Under the pieces are notes generated by a model. The model saw nothing but the letters and a program-made list of their open reading frames with translations. It made no database searches and was not told the origin of the DNA. Positions 55,214-63,989 of a stretch of 64,000 nt of DNA are shown one piece after another. Within the stretch, counting starts at the first letter, position 1. Each line of letters begins with the position of its first letter. The stretch lies in sequence record NC_054918.1; one strand, written 5' to 3'. Both the position numbers and the translations under genes were made by a program. The DNA is from Escherichia phage vB_EcoM_G4498.

Positions 55214-55486
55214 TTATTTGTTTGTATACATCTCTAGATATCGATATACACCCTCAAAACCCTCGTTGAATTCGTCGATGAGGGTTTTCTTATCTTCTTG
55301 GGTTAATTCAGAAACAATTTTACGGAATGAATTCTGATTTAACTTTCTACCTTCATGCGTTACTCCAATCTCATTCAGAAATGCAATAAAATTAGCACGA
55401 TTCTCAACAATATCTTCTCTGGAAAATTTAATCAAAATAGACGCAACAGTAATAATTTCACGAACTGTATCAATGTTTTTATTCAT
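55214..55486 (-). CDS. asiA: AsiA anti-sigma-70 factor
   Basis: 90-aa ORF MNKNIDTVREIITVASILIKFSREDIVENRANFIAFLNEIGV...; matches T4 AsiA. Confidence 0.9.
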   Translation of the reverse strand: MNKNIDTVREIITVASILIKFSREDIVENRANFIAFLNEIGVTHEGRKLNQNSFRKIVSELTQEDKKTLIDEFNEGFEGVYRYLEMYTNK

Positions 55487-55498
55487 TAACTATACCAC

Positions 55499-55651
55499 TC
55501 AATTAGTTGACTTTATTATAATATCATCAGACGCTTGATTTGTAAACTGGTCTGTGTTATTTTCTTCAAAAATTTTTTCTACGAATTCCTTGAACGACTC
55601 GCGTTCCTGAGCTACATTATGCTCGATTACTTTTTCAAGATTATGACTCAT
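55499..55651 (-). CDS. Candidate 50-aa ORF between arn and asiA
   Basis: ATG overlaps arn stop (ATGA); weak SD; contains the asiA early promoter. Confidence 0.35.
   Translation of the reverse strand: MSHNLEKVIEHNVAQERESFKEFVEKIFEENNTDQFTNQASDDIIIKSTN
55518..55547 (-). promoter_or_regulatory. T4-type early promoter for asiA
   Basis: Minus strand GTTTAC, 18 nt, TATTAT. Confidence 0.5.
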
Positions 55652-55926
55652 TCGAAATAATCTTCAATTTCATAATCATGGACATAAATCATTATAGTTT
55701 TTAATACATCATCAATACTTTTTCCTGGAGCTGGAATTACGTAAAAATATCCTGCTTTTGAGAGGTCTTTATAAGTTCCAACCAAGAAATCATTATTCTC
55801 GAGATGTAATTCTTCAACTAATTCATTAACAATTGAATGGTATAAATTTGGTAGAAACTTATATAGCTTTTCTAGAATATCAATTTTGATTGTATATTGA
55901 ACCACAGATTGAGAATCAATAATCAT
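55648..55926 (-). CDS. arn: Arn anti-restriction nuclease (McrBC inhibitor)
   Basis: 92-aa acidic ORF in the syntenic position next to asiA. Confidence 0.75.
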   Translation of the reverse strand: MIIDSQSVVQYTIKIDILEKLYKFLPNLYHSIVNELVEELHLENNDFLVGTYKDLSKAGYFYVIPAPGKSIDDVLKTIMIYVHDYEIEDYFE

Positions 55927-56009
55927 AGACCTTCCCCTTATGTTTCTGTTTGCGATTAGATTCTTTAAACGCTTTCTTCTTATCCTTATGAACAGAAGCT
56001 TTATTAAAA

Positions 56010-56228
56010 TTATGTTTTGCGACTAAATTGTTCATAGTGCTGAATTACCTCTCTCAAACATTTGCATGTGAATGAAAACTTTTTAGCTACACCACATTCA
56101 AATATATGTTCTCTTAAATCACGTGTGTCAGTATATCCCATCTCAACAATAAAATGTCGTATTAGATTTTTATCTTTATCATTGAGAGAATTAAAATAAT
56201 CGGATTTTGAATTAATTTCCCTGGCCAA
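56010..56228 (-). CDS. Hypothetical protein (arn.x series)
   Basis: 72-aa ORF. Confidence 0.5.
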   Translation of the reverse strand: MAREINSKSDYFNSLNDKDKNLIRHFIVEMGYTDTRDLREHIFECGVAKKFSFTCKCLREVIQHYEQFSRKT

Positions 56229-56508
56229 ATTGAATCACCTTCAGTTGACGTTTTAGTTCTTTTATCATTTCTTCATTCATCGCAATATAAAGATCGCGTA
56301 AAGCGGGTTTTAACATTCCATTTACTGGAGAACTAAATGGACATACATAATCTTTTCCTACGAGCTTTTTAGTGAATTCCATATTACAGAACTGAAATGC
56401 CGGTTCATTAGCATAAATTCCCCAATTGGTTGACATCATTTTATTGGCATATTCCAATGCTTGGATTTGATTAGTAATTCCATCAATTTGAAACTTTTTA
56501 ATATTCAT
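56212..56508 (-). CDS. Hypothetical protein (arn.x series)
   Basis: 98-aa ORF. Confidence 0.5.
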   Translation of the reverse strand: MNIKKFQIDGITNQIQALEYANKMMSTNWGIYANEPAFQFCNMEFTKKLVGKDYVCPFSSPVNGMLKPALRDLYIAMNEEMIKELKRQLKVIQFGQGN

Positions 56509-56975
56509 TAGTAAAGGTCCTCGGAGTAAAGTTCTTTTTCACTACCACCACGTTCAATACGCACTTGTCCAGCGTAAGTTGCAATAATCATTGCTTCTTC
56601 ACGTGTCCAGTAATTGCTATACTGGTCAATAAATCCTTGGTCTTCACCACAAACATGGTCTGATACAAGTTTATCACTTACCTGGTCAAGAACTTCAGCC
56701 ATATCTTTAGAATAATGACGAGCACCAGGAATAACCAGAGTCCCACCATCTTTTAACTTAAAGCGGTTGGCTGCACACACAATTCGACGTTGATATTTTT
56801 CATTATTGTTCCAATGAGCTACTTGCCAACAGATTTCAGGAACCTCTTCTAAAACATCCTCTTCCGTATATTCGGTGTAGTCGCCATAGGCCTGTAATTT
56901 AGCTGCTAGACTTTCTGGAGTTTCACGTAATAAAGCCAGGTCTAATAATTCAAGACGCTCTTTGAAGGTTTTCAT
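56508..56975 (-). CDS. Hypothetical 155-aa protein
   Basis: ORF with ATGA coupling on both sides. Confidence 0.55.
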   Translation of the reverse strand: MKTFKERLELLDLALLRETPESLAAKLQAYGDYTEYTEEDVLEEVPEICWQVAHWNNNEKYQRRIVCAANRFKLKDGGTLVIPGARHYSKDMAEVLDQVSDKLVSDHVCGEDQGFIDQYSNYWTREEAMIIATYAGQVRIERGGSEKELYSEDLY

Positions 56976-57127
56976 TTGGTTTCCTCAACACTTTTAATTT
57001 TTATAGCTTGTTTAGAACTTTCAAAGCATTGACAATATACTCTTACCGCATCAAACTGGTTGGCCGCTTTAAGATGGACTACACCTTCGTCGTTATAAAA
57101 TTCTACGACAATTTTAAATGTTTTCAT
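56972..57127 (-). CDS. Small 51-aa ORF
   Basis: [51 protein letters not shown]; ATGA overlaps at both ends; below ORF-track cutoff. Confidence 0.45.
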   Translation of the reverse strand: MKTFKIVVEFYNDEGVVHLKAANQFDAVRVYCQCFESSKQAIKIKSVEETK

Positions 57128-57453
57128 TTAAACCATCCTTTAATACGTTGCCATAAAGTTTTCTGTTGAGCTTTGTTAACACCAATTGAACGAATAACTG
57201 GTTGAGATTCCTGAAATTCTTTATAATCAGCAAGGTAAATTTCGTAAGCTGCATCCGTAAATGAACTTATCGCTGCCATAAAATTATTGCGAATACCTAC
57301 TGAAGCATCTTTACTTTCACGAATAATCATGTATTTACCAGTCTTAATCTTTACGATAGTTCCAAGATAAGCTCCATGGTACCAGATGTCCCAACCCTCT
57401 TGAGTAGGTTCTACACAACGACGAAGTTCATTGACAATTTCTAACTTGTTCAT
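57124..57453 (-). CDS. Hypothetical 109-aa protein
   Basis: ORF downstream of motA. Confidence 0.55.
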   Translation of the reverse strand: MNKLEIVNELRRCVEPTQEGWDIWYHGAYLGTIVKIKTGKYMIIRESKDASVGIRNNFMAAISSFTDAAYEIYLADYKEFQESQPVIRSIGVNKAQQKTLWQRIKGWFK

Positions 57454-57463
57454 TATTTATTCC

Positions 57464-58099
57464 TCACAGTTCAGATGCTACAGTGATTACAACTTCAATG
57501 TTTTCTGCCGAGCGTTTAATGTCAAGATACACATTACCGTTTTTAGCGATTTTACATGACATTCCGATATCAGTAAATTTCTGAATATGATGTTCCATCA
57601 TTTTGTATCCAAAAATTCGCATATTTCCATTATTGTTAATTTCAAAATTACGAATTCCGTGAGTGCGTTTTTCTAAAATGGCAAGATAATTACTACGATA
57701 AGTTTCAACCTTTTTAAGAACAAATCCATTTTCATCTAAAAGTTTTAACATGAGGTCTTTATCTTCTTCCATATCAGAAGTAATCTCACGAGCTTTACGA
57801 GTTGCTCGTTTTTTCAGTAGTTCAGGAGCATTTTCCTGTGCATATAAAGTTGCCGCATTTGAAATAATATCCTGAGCTTCACCAGTAATGATTAATCCAT
57901 CACCAGATTTCTCCACCAGGCCTTTTTTAATCAATACCCCAATATTACTATTAACTACTGCGTTACCTAAATCTGGATGCACCTCACGAACTTCTGCGGC
58001 TGTAATGAAATCTTTCTTAGCAATGGTAATTAAAATCGCAGCAGTTTTTTCATTCAGAACATCGTTAGAAGCTTTGATGATGTAAGTTACTTTAGACAT
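57464..58099 (-). CDS. motA: MotA middle-transcription activator
   Basis: 211-aa ORF MSKVTYIIKASNDVLNEKTAAILITIAKKDFITAAEVREV...; matches T4 MotA. Confidence 0.9.
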   Translation of the reverse strand: MSKVTYIIKASNDVLNEKTAAILITIAKKDFITAAEVREVHPDLGNAVVNSNIGVLIKKGLVEKSGDGLIITGEAQDIISNAATLYAQENAPELLKKRATRKAREITSDMEEDKDLMLKLLDENGFVLKKVETYRSNYLAILEKRTHGIRNFEINNNGNMRIFGYKMMEHHIQKFTDIGMSCKIAKNGNVYLDIKRSAENIEVVITVASEL

Positions 58100-58136
58100 T
58101 TTAATCTCCGTTTCAGTTCATTTATTTGATAGGTCT

Positions 58137-58165
58137 ATAGTATCATGTTTAAAGCAGAAGTAAAC
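58137..58165 (-). promoter_or_regulatory. T4-type early promoter for motA
   Basis: Minus strand GTTTAC, 17 nt, TACTAT, conserved leader CTATCAAATAAATGAACTGAAAC. Confidence 0.55.
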
Positions 58166-58204
58166 ACTTTTTTGCACTCTTTTTCAAGAGCTCTAATAAA
58201 GTAC

Positions 58205-58432
58205 TTACTTAATGTTCAGATTACGAACTTCGATTTCGTCTTCATGGGCAAAATCAAACTGTTTGAATTCTGTGTCACCTTTAAATTTAAAAATCATTGT
58301 GAAGAAAGTCAGAACACCAGGTTTTTCTTCACGAACTCCACAGATATCATATTCAATACCATCTACAACCAGTTTGTTAGCAGTCAGAGCATTTTTAGCT
58401 TTAACGATTTCGTTTTCGATTTTAAATTTCAT
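58205..58432 (-). CDS. Hypothetical protein, positional equivalent of motA.1
   Basis: 75-aa ORF with its own copy of the motA promoter/leader. Confidence 0.55.
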   Translation of the reverse strand: MKFKIENEIVKAKNALTANKLVVDGIEYDICGVREEKPGVLTFFTMIFKFKGDTEFKQFDFAHEDEIEVRNLNIK

Positions 58433-58481
58433 TTTTTGTATCTCCGGGTTGTTTGTTTCAGTTCATTTATTTGATAGTTGT

Positions 58482-58511
58482 ATAGTACCACAGTATGCTT
58501 TGGTTGTAAAC
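58482..58511 (-). promoter_or_regulatory. T4-type early promoter (duplicate of the motA promoter/leader)
   Basis: Minus strand GTTTAC, 18 nt, TACTAT plus the same leader. Confidence 0.55.
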
Positions 58512-58542
58512 CGTTTTGTGAAAAAATTTTTGAAATAAAAAA

Positions 58543-58562
58543 GGGAGAGCCTCGGCTCTCCC
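58543..58562 (-). terminator. Intrinsic terminator
   Basis: GGGAGAGCCGAGGCTCTCCC followed by TTTTTTATTT on minus strand. Confidence 0.7.
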
Positions 58563-58567
58563 TAAAA

Positions 58568-58717
58568 TTACTGCATGACTGTGATAACTGTCATGATAAC
58601 ACGTTGAATTCCGAACGCAAGAAGACCTCCTGCTACGGCAGGAACAACACCTAAACCCGCCAGTAAAATGCCACCAGATACTAATGCAGCGCTTGTGATA
58701 CCAATGAATGGACTCAT
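58568..58717 (-). CDS. Small hydrophobic 49-aa protein downstream of gene 52
   Basis: MSPFIGITSAALVSGGILLAGLGVVPAVAGGLLAFGIQRVIMTVITVMQ; ATG overlaps gene 52 stop; below ORF-track cutoff. Confidence 0.45.
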   Translation of the reverse strand: MSPFIGITSAALVSGGILLAGLGVVPAVAGGLLAFGIQRVIMTVITVMQ

Positions 58718-60042
58718 TTGATTTCCTCTAAATCTTTGGTGTATTCTGTAACTACATCAGTAGTTTTCCAATATTCGTTTTCTTCTTTTTTGGCTTTAGC
58801 TTCTTCAGCAAGTTTCTTTGCTTCGTCGGAAGTCATATGAAAAATGTTCATTCCAACTAGTTTATCAACATAAGAAGAATACATATCAATTTTAGAAAGT
58901 TCTTCGGTCAGTTCTTTGCGAGTTTTACCTTGTACAACAATTTCACCTGAAATTACTTTCTTAATGAAATGTGCCTTGGCAAAAGCTAAACGAAATGCTG
59001 ATTCAGTTTCTTTGATTTTGTTATCAATTCGTTTTTGGACATAAGTTTTACGAACTTCAACGAAGTCTTTGATTAAATCAACTACATTATCGTAAACTTG
59101 CAGCTTTCCTTTCTCATTAATGACGGTAATATTCTGGGAACGACGCTCAATCAACCCGAAGTCTTTCATAATTTTTGCATGGCGTTCTTCTTCATTATCG
59201 CTCAAAGAGTATTCTTTTCGGAATTTAACTTTGAATCCAAAACCATGCTCACCACAAGCATCATCCCATGTAATGAAGCCTTTATCTTCAAGCGGGTCTA
59301 AGATTTTACTCACATAAGTTTCACGATCATACTTATATGGAATCTCAGTGATATGCATTTGAGTTCGTGAAGTAAACTTATATGTTCCACGAATTTCATA
59401 TTGCCCATCAATTTCAACGACTTCACCACGAAATTCTGGGAATTCTACCTTCGGTTTAGTTACTTTCTTTCCTTGAAGAGCTTGCAGTACAGCTTTCTTG
59501 ACAGAAGAAACACTATGAGGAAGAATGTAAGTTGCATAACCAGTTGCAATACCGGAAACGCCATTAAGAAGAACAGTAGGAATAATAGGCAAATAGAAAG
59601 CAGGCGGAATGTGTTCTTTATCTTGATGTACTGGAGCATATTCAGTATCTTTATATACGTTATAGAAATTTTTACTTACACGAGCAAAAATATAACGACT
59701 TGCTGCTGCCTTTTGGACAGTACGAGAACCAAAGTTTCCTTGACCGTCTAACAGAGGAAAGTTATTATTCCAAGTGTTAGCCATCAAAGCACCTGCGTCT
59801 TGCGCAGAGTTTTCACCATGATGATATCCAAGGTCCGCTACACCGCCTGCGATAGAAGCGAGTTTGTGAAACTTATCTTTATTTCCTCGTGCCAAATCAA
59901 GAGCTCGAGCAATAACAAATCGTTGAACTGGCTTAAATCCGTCAATCATATTTGGAATGGCACGATTTTCAACCGTGTACATAGCATAAGCCAATGCTTC
60001 ATTATCAATGATACTTTTTAAATCACGATTATTCAGTTGCAT
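58714..60042 (-). CDS. 52: DNA topoisomerase II medium subunit gp52 (GyrA-like)
   Basis: 442-aa ORF; matches T4 gp52. Confidence 0.95.
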   Translation of the reverse strand: MQLNNRDLKSIIDNEALAYAMYTVENRAIPNMIDGFKPVQRFVIARALDLARGNKDKFHKLASIAGGVADLGYHHGENSAQDAGALMANTWNNNFPLLDGQGNFGSRTVQKAAASRYIFARVSKNFYNVYKDTEYAPVHQDKEHIPPAFYLPIIPTVLLNGVSGIATGYATYILPHSVSSVKKAVLQALQGKKVTKPKVEFPEFRGEVVEIDGQYEIRGTYKFTSRTQMHITEIPYKYDRETYVSKILDPLEDKGFITWDDACGEHGFGFKVKFRKEYSLSDNEEERHAKIMKDFGLIERRSQNITVINEKGKLQVYDNVVDLIKDFVEVRKTYVQKRIDNKIKETESAFRLAFAKAHFIKKVISGEIVVQGKTRKELTEELSKIDMYSSYVDKLVGMNIFHMTSDEAKKLAEEAKAKKEENEYWKTTDVVTEYTKDLEEIK

Positions 60043-60046
60043 AAAT

Positions 60047-60187
60047 TTACCATACTAGTGAATGTAGTGCCATAATAACATCAGAAATGAAAAGCACGAC
60101 TTGAATTAATCCGAACATTATTCCGTAATATAATGCTATCAATAAAATAGCAAGGGCTAATGAATAGCCCAAGATTTTCTTAATCAT
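60047..60187 (-). CDS. Small hydrophobic 46-aa protein, positional equivalent of 52.1
   Basis: MIKKILGYSLALAILLIALYYGIMFGLIQVVLFISDVIMALHSLVW. Confidence 0.4.
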   Translation of the reverse strand: MIKKILGYSLALAILLIALYYGIMFGLIQVVLFISDVIMALHSLVW

Positions 60188-60338
60188 TAGTAGATAACAA
60201 CACAAATGTTAAATATGCACACATACCCTGAGCTAAAGCTTGCGAAAACACACTGCTGGCATCAATACAGATAGTTAAAACACATGCTACTATCCAACAA
60301 ATAAATGAAATAACTCCTAATAATTTTGCGATATTCAT
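60180..60338 (-). CDS. Small membrane 52-aa protein, positional candidate for ac
   Basis: MNIAKLLGVISFICWIVACVLTICIDASSVFSQALAQGMCAYLTFVLLSTND; GAGGAAAA SD; located between stp and gene 52. Confidence 0.45.
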   Translation of the reverse strand: MNIAKLLGVISFICWIVACVLTICIDASSVFSQALAQGMCAYLTFVLLSTND

Positions 60339-60345
60339 ATTTTCC

Positions 60346-60426
60346 TCACTGGCGTCCGAAGACGCCTTTAGTTTTAAGATTATTACGATAGAACTGCATC
60401 ACGTGTTCGTTGTGGAAATTACTCAT
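60346..60426 (-). CDS. stp: Stp peptide (26 aa)
   Basis: [26 protein letters not shown]; position between ndd and the ac-like ORF. Confidence 0.75.
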
Positions 60427-60884
60427 TAATATGCCTGCAAAACGAATTTAAAATTATCAGCCAACATACGGTTCATTTCTTCAAGTGTTTGATACTCAGA
60501 ATGATGATTACGAGTAAACGCTAAAGCTAACTGTCCTTTTCCAAATCCCGTCGTCAGAGGTTTCATCTTAGAAGCAGGCAGATAAAATACTGCGTATGGA
60601 ACATTGTTATTTGCAATAGTACGTGCAAGCTGAGACCGACGTTGACGAATATGACTTAGAACTGCACTGAATCCTTGCTTAGAACGCTGATTACCTACAT
60701 AAAATCGTGCAGACACGCATGGATTACTAAATGGACGACCATCTAATTTACTCACTAAAAAGTAAAATCCAGGTTTAGATAAAAAGTCTTTATGCGGAGT
60801 TCCCAAAAACCATTCACCGTTCTTGATTGTACCAATAACGGTAGCGCCCGCATTATTCAGATCAGTAGCAGTCATGTATTTCAT
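60426..60884 (-). CDS. ndd: Ndd nucleoid disruption protein
   Basis: 152-aa ORF from ATG at 60884 ([16 protein letters not shown]...) with GAGGAA SD. Confidence 0.8.
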
Positions 60885-60944
60885 ATTAATTTCCTCTAAA
60901 TTATTTTCTACTCCAAGGCCGCATGAATACACGCGGCCATTAAA

Positions 60945-61160
60945 TTAATCGTCGCAGTCGACGCTCAATTCCCAAAACTCTTCTACGGTATAAGTTTCAG
61001 TATCATTTTCAATACAGAAACGTTCATTACTGTTATTTGCTAAAGTAGCATTAACTGTCGGTTTCTCGCTAGTGCTCTTAAGAGGTGAAATACGAATTAA
61101 CTGATCACCATTATCTAAACAAAAAATTTCACCAACTTTTACATCTTTAAAACTTTTCAT
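60945..61160 (-). CDS. Hypothetical 71-aa protein (ndd.x series)
   Basis: ORF with AGGTGA SD. Confidence 0.5.
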   Translation of the reverse strand: MKSFKDVKVGEIFCLDNGDQLIRISPLKSTSEKPTVNATLANNSNERFCIENDTETYTVEEFWELSVDCDD

Positions 61161-61275
61161 AATTCACCTCAAGGAGTATAAAATCCAAACGCAGTTGTTG
61201 ACCATCCCATCCAATATGGAAAATTTGCACCAATGTAAAACATAAGAATATAAAACCAACCGCTCAGCAAATTCA

Positions 61276-61473
61276 TCATTTTACACCATTCCAAATTGTT
61301 TCAACCACGGATTTTAAACCATTTTGATGAATATCAATTCCGACTACTGTCATCAAATAGATTCCAACTACAACTGAACCTAAGGCAAAAATCAGCATGA
61401 AAATGAATAAAGCCGGAAAAATATTATCGAAAAACCATTCAATAAATGTAAAAGCACTGCGTTTACGCTTCAT
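61276..61473 (-). CDS. Small membrane protein (65 aa)
   Basis: ATG at 61473 (MKRKRSAFTFIEWFFDNIFPALFIFMLIFALG...) with GAGGAA SD. Confidence 0.45.
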   Translation of the reverse strand: MKRKRSAFTFIEWFFDNIFPALFIFMLIFALGSVVVGIYLMTVVGIDIHQNGLKSVVETIWNGVK

Positions 61474-61480
61474 ATTTTCC

Positions 61481-61594
61481 TCACATAAATCCAAAGTAAG
61501 CGTTTAATACATCAATCATTAAAACGATTGGGAATATACTCAAAACTACTAGTATTATAACTACATTCCATATAGCTTTAACAATCTTTTTCAT
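61481..61594 (-). CDS. Small membrane protein (37 aa)
   Basis: MKKIVKAIWNVVIILVVLSIFPIVLMIDVLNAYFGFM; GGAGG SD; early promoter directly upstream. Confidence 0.4.
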   Translation of the reverse strand: MKKIVKAIWNVVIILVVLSIFPIVLMIDVLNAYFGFM

Positions 61595-61622
61595 TTTCTG
61601 TTCCTCCGTAGTTGATAGGGTA

Positions 61623-61652
61623 ATAGTACCACGGAAGAACAGTCTTGTAAAC
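61623..61652 (-). promoter_or_regulatory. T4-type early promoter
   Basis: Minus strand GTTTAC, 18 nt, TACTAT, ACCCTATC box. Confidence 0.55.
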
Positions 61653-61839
61653 AACTTTTTTTTAAAAATATTCGTAATAAATGTGAATACCAACTACTAC
61701 CGCTGAAACCTGTGCAACCCACCACGCACAAGCAATAAGTACAGAATTCAAAATTTTCATAATAACCTCATTACAAAAGTAAATGTTAAACAAATTAATG
61801 GAATACTAATTAACCAAACAAAACACCACCATAATGAAC

Positions 61840-62103
61840 TCATAGTTCAATCTCAGCGATTTTCATTTCATTATTGTTAATAGCATTTTTAAGACTATCT
61901 GAAAGAATTACATTCCAGTGGTCATTCATATGACCATTAACTAAGCGTGTAATTTCTTCGGGAGTTGAAAAATAAGGCGTATCAGACTCCCAATGCGATA
62001 ATCCTAAGCGAGTATAAATCATGCCTTCATCATCGCTAGAATATTCAACTGACACAAACTCATCAGTTATTTTATGTTTAGCGTAATAAAATTTAAATTT
62101 CAT
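61840..62103 (-). CDS. Hypothetical 87-aa protein
   Basis: ATG at 62103 (MKFKFYYAKHK...) with GGAGAG SD, downstream of the early promoter; the longer ORF-track start would lie upstream of the promoter. Confidence 0.5.
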   Translation of the reverse strand: MKFKFYYAKHKITDEFVSVEYSSDDEGMIYTRLGLSHWESDTPYFSTPEEITRLVNGHMNDHWNVILSDSLKNAINNNEMKIAEIEL

Positions 62104-62137
62104 TTTACTCTCCAAATCCTTATCAGTTGATAGTTGT

Positions 62138-62167
62138 ATAGTACCACGGTCCTTGTGGTATGTAAAC
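62138..62167 (-). promoter_or_regulatory. T4-type early promoter
   Basis: Minus strand GTTTAC, 18 nt, TACTAT, ACAACTATC box. Confidence 0.55.
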
Positions 62168-62183
62168 CATTTTGTGAAATTTT

Positions 62184-62741
62184 TTAAATGGAAAGATACC
62201 ATCCGCTGTAGTTGCTTTTTCTTACAACCTTACGAAGGTCTTCTCTATCACCGATGAACTTCGGAGTGTATTGGATGACACCTGGATGAATTTCTTTAGT
62301 GTTGAATATAATTATACAGTCAGCGACTTGATGATTTAGAATGGGCCCTAGATTTATTCCAGAACCATATGGATACTCTCCGCTGCATCCTGTTGTCACC
62401 GAAATCCAACGTGAGTCAGTTTGATGTGTCTTAACTTCTACACGAAGCCCGCAGTATCTTGGATGCGCCAATACATCCCATGCATATGTGTACGGATCAT
62501 CGACATCTTCTTGACCTTTGTTAACATACCCGCTCAGCCAATCTGCCACAAAAAACTCTGCGTACACAGCGATACGACATCTTTCAATAACTTCTATTTT
62601 ATCCTGGTTCGGATTTTGTTTTAAAGAGTATCTTGCAGTATCAGCAATTTTGGCCTTCATTTCACTAGTCAAGTCATTGTTTGATAGGGTAAATGACGGA
62701 ATCTGAAATAGTCTCTGCAAACCCGGATTCGTTTTCTGCAT
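62184..62741 (-). CDS. denB: Endonuclease IV
   Basis: 185-aa ORF in the syntenic position between ndd and rIIB; size matches T4 DenB. Confidence 0.7.
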   Translation of the reverse strand: MQKTNPGLQRLFQIPSFTLSNNDLTSEMKAKIADTARYSLKQNPNQDKIEVIERCRIAVYAEFFVADWLSGYVNKGQEDVDDPYTYAWDVLAHPRYCGLRVEVKTHQTDSRWISVTTGCSGEYPYGSGINLGPILNHQVADCIIIFNTKEIHPGVIQYTPKFIGDREDLRKVVRKSNYSGWYLSI

Positions 62742-62808
62742 TTAAACTTTCCTTTTATGTCTGAATCACTGGTATTCATATAATAAATCATAATTTCTCT
62801 TAAAACAA

Positions 62809-62824
62809 AAGGGCCGAAGCCCTT
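62809..62824. terminator. Hairpin terminator
   Basis: AAGGGCCGAAGCCCTT flanked by T/A runs. Confidence 0.6.
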
Positions 62825-62827
62825 ATT

Positions 62828-63022
62828 TTATTTGAATTGTGCAATTCTTTTCTCTAGACATTCAGCATAAGATTTCATTGAGATAAACTGCGAAAGTAAC
62901 AGTTCTTGCTCAACTGCATTAACTGTTAGAAACTTTGCGCTTTCTAAAAATTTGCTCAGTGCATTAATTTTGAGCATTAATTGATCGTATTCTTCTTTTA
63001 CTCGTGCTTGATAACCTAACAT
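62828..63022 (-). CDS. Hypothetical 64-aa protein between rIIB and denB
   Basis: ORF with GAGGAAAAT SD immediately after a hairpin. Confidence 0.5.
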   Translation of the reverse strand: MLGYQARVKEEYDQLMLKINALSKFLESAKFLTVNAVEQELLLSQFISMKSYAECLEKRIAQFK

Positions 63023-63037
63023 AATTTTCCTCAGTTA

Positions 63038-63053
63038 AGGGCCGAAGCCCTTA
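63038..63053 (-). terminator. Hairpin overlapping the rIIB stop, followed by an SD (hairpin-RBS cassette)
   Basis: AAGGGCTTCGGCCCTT followed by AACTGAGGAAAATTATG. Confidence 0.45.
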
Positions 63054-63989
63054 TTTAAATTGTTCAGTAACGTCTTCAACTACTTCGTATTGGCAGGTAC
63101 GCATTTTAGCATCGTTGTAATCAATCGGAATTGATACTACATCACGCGGATGTACTTTAACTTTTACAACTCGGCTAGTTGAACTGCCAAAGTGACGAAT
63201 ATAAGATTTAGAACACACATGCAGACCGCGAGAACAAGTTTGTGTATCATCGTCATTCACACGAGTACGTGGCATTTTAACTACTTTACCAGGGCTGTTA
63301 TCAAAAGTATTTGAATGACAGTCAAAGTAATTGCTGCGAACTACTTTCCAAGCATAGAAGTAACCGTCTTCTGTAATTTCAATATCGTTTGCTACCAAGA
63401 AATCAAAGAGTCGAGATACCGCTTTTTGGCTTGGGTTTTCCAACAGATTTTCCAAGAACGGAAAATAGAATTCAAAGTTTTCGCCTTTTTCCATCGAGTC
63501 AAGAATACGATCAACCAAACCAGATCGCAATTCAATATTTTGATAGAACAAGCTTCCACCTTCAATTCGAACATCGCCGGAAATATATTTTTCAACAGCG
63601 CGACGAACATTAATTTTTTGTGCCGCTTCTTCCAACTTATCCGCTACAAGCAGATTAAGAATTTCCTGGAAGTTTGAATGAGTATTAGGAGTTGCGTTAT
63701 AAGTTACACCGTCAACAGTAATTGAAATGAATTTTTTAGATGCATTCCAAATAATGTCAGATTTAGCAACTGGAGCAATAACTGCATCGCTATTAACTTT
63801 AACTGTAATGTCACCGCTAATAGTAACTTTAGAGCGTTCTGCTTCTTCAGCATTTTTCAAAACACGACGGATTGTGTCAACCGATACACCTTGCCAATCA
63901 GCCAATTCCTGCTGGGTGTAATTACCACTTGAATACAGTTTAACAATTTCAGCTTGTTCGTTTTTGGTCAGGCATTTAATATTGTACAT
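63051..63989 (-). CDS. rIIB: rIIB
   Basis: 312-aa ORF MYNIKCLTKNEQAEIVKLYSSGNYTQQELADWQGVS...; matches T4 rIIB. Confidence 0.95.
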   Translation of the reverse strand: MYNIKCLTKNEQAEIVKLYSSGNYTQQELADWQGVSVDTIRRVLKNAEEAERSKVTISGDITVKVNSDAVIAPVAKSDIIWNASKKFISITVDGVTYNATPNTHSNFQEILNLLVADKLEEAAQKINVRRAVEKYISGDVRIEGGSLFYQNIELRSGLVDRILDSMEKGENFEFYFPFLENLLENPSQKAVSRLFDFLVANDIEITEDGYFYAWKVVRSNYFDCHSNTFDNSPGKVVKMPRTRVNDDDTQTCSRGLHVCSKSYIRHFGSSTSRVVKVKVHPRDVVSIPIDYNDAKMRTCQYEVVEDVTEQFK

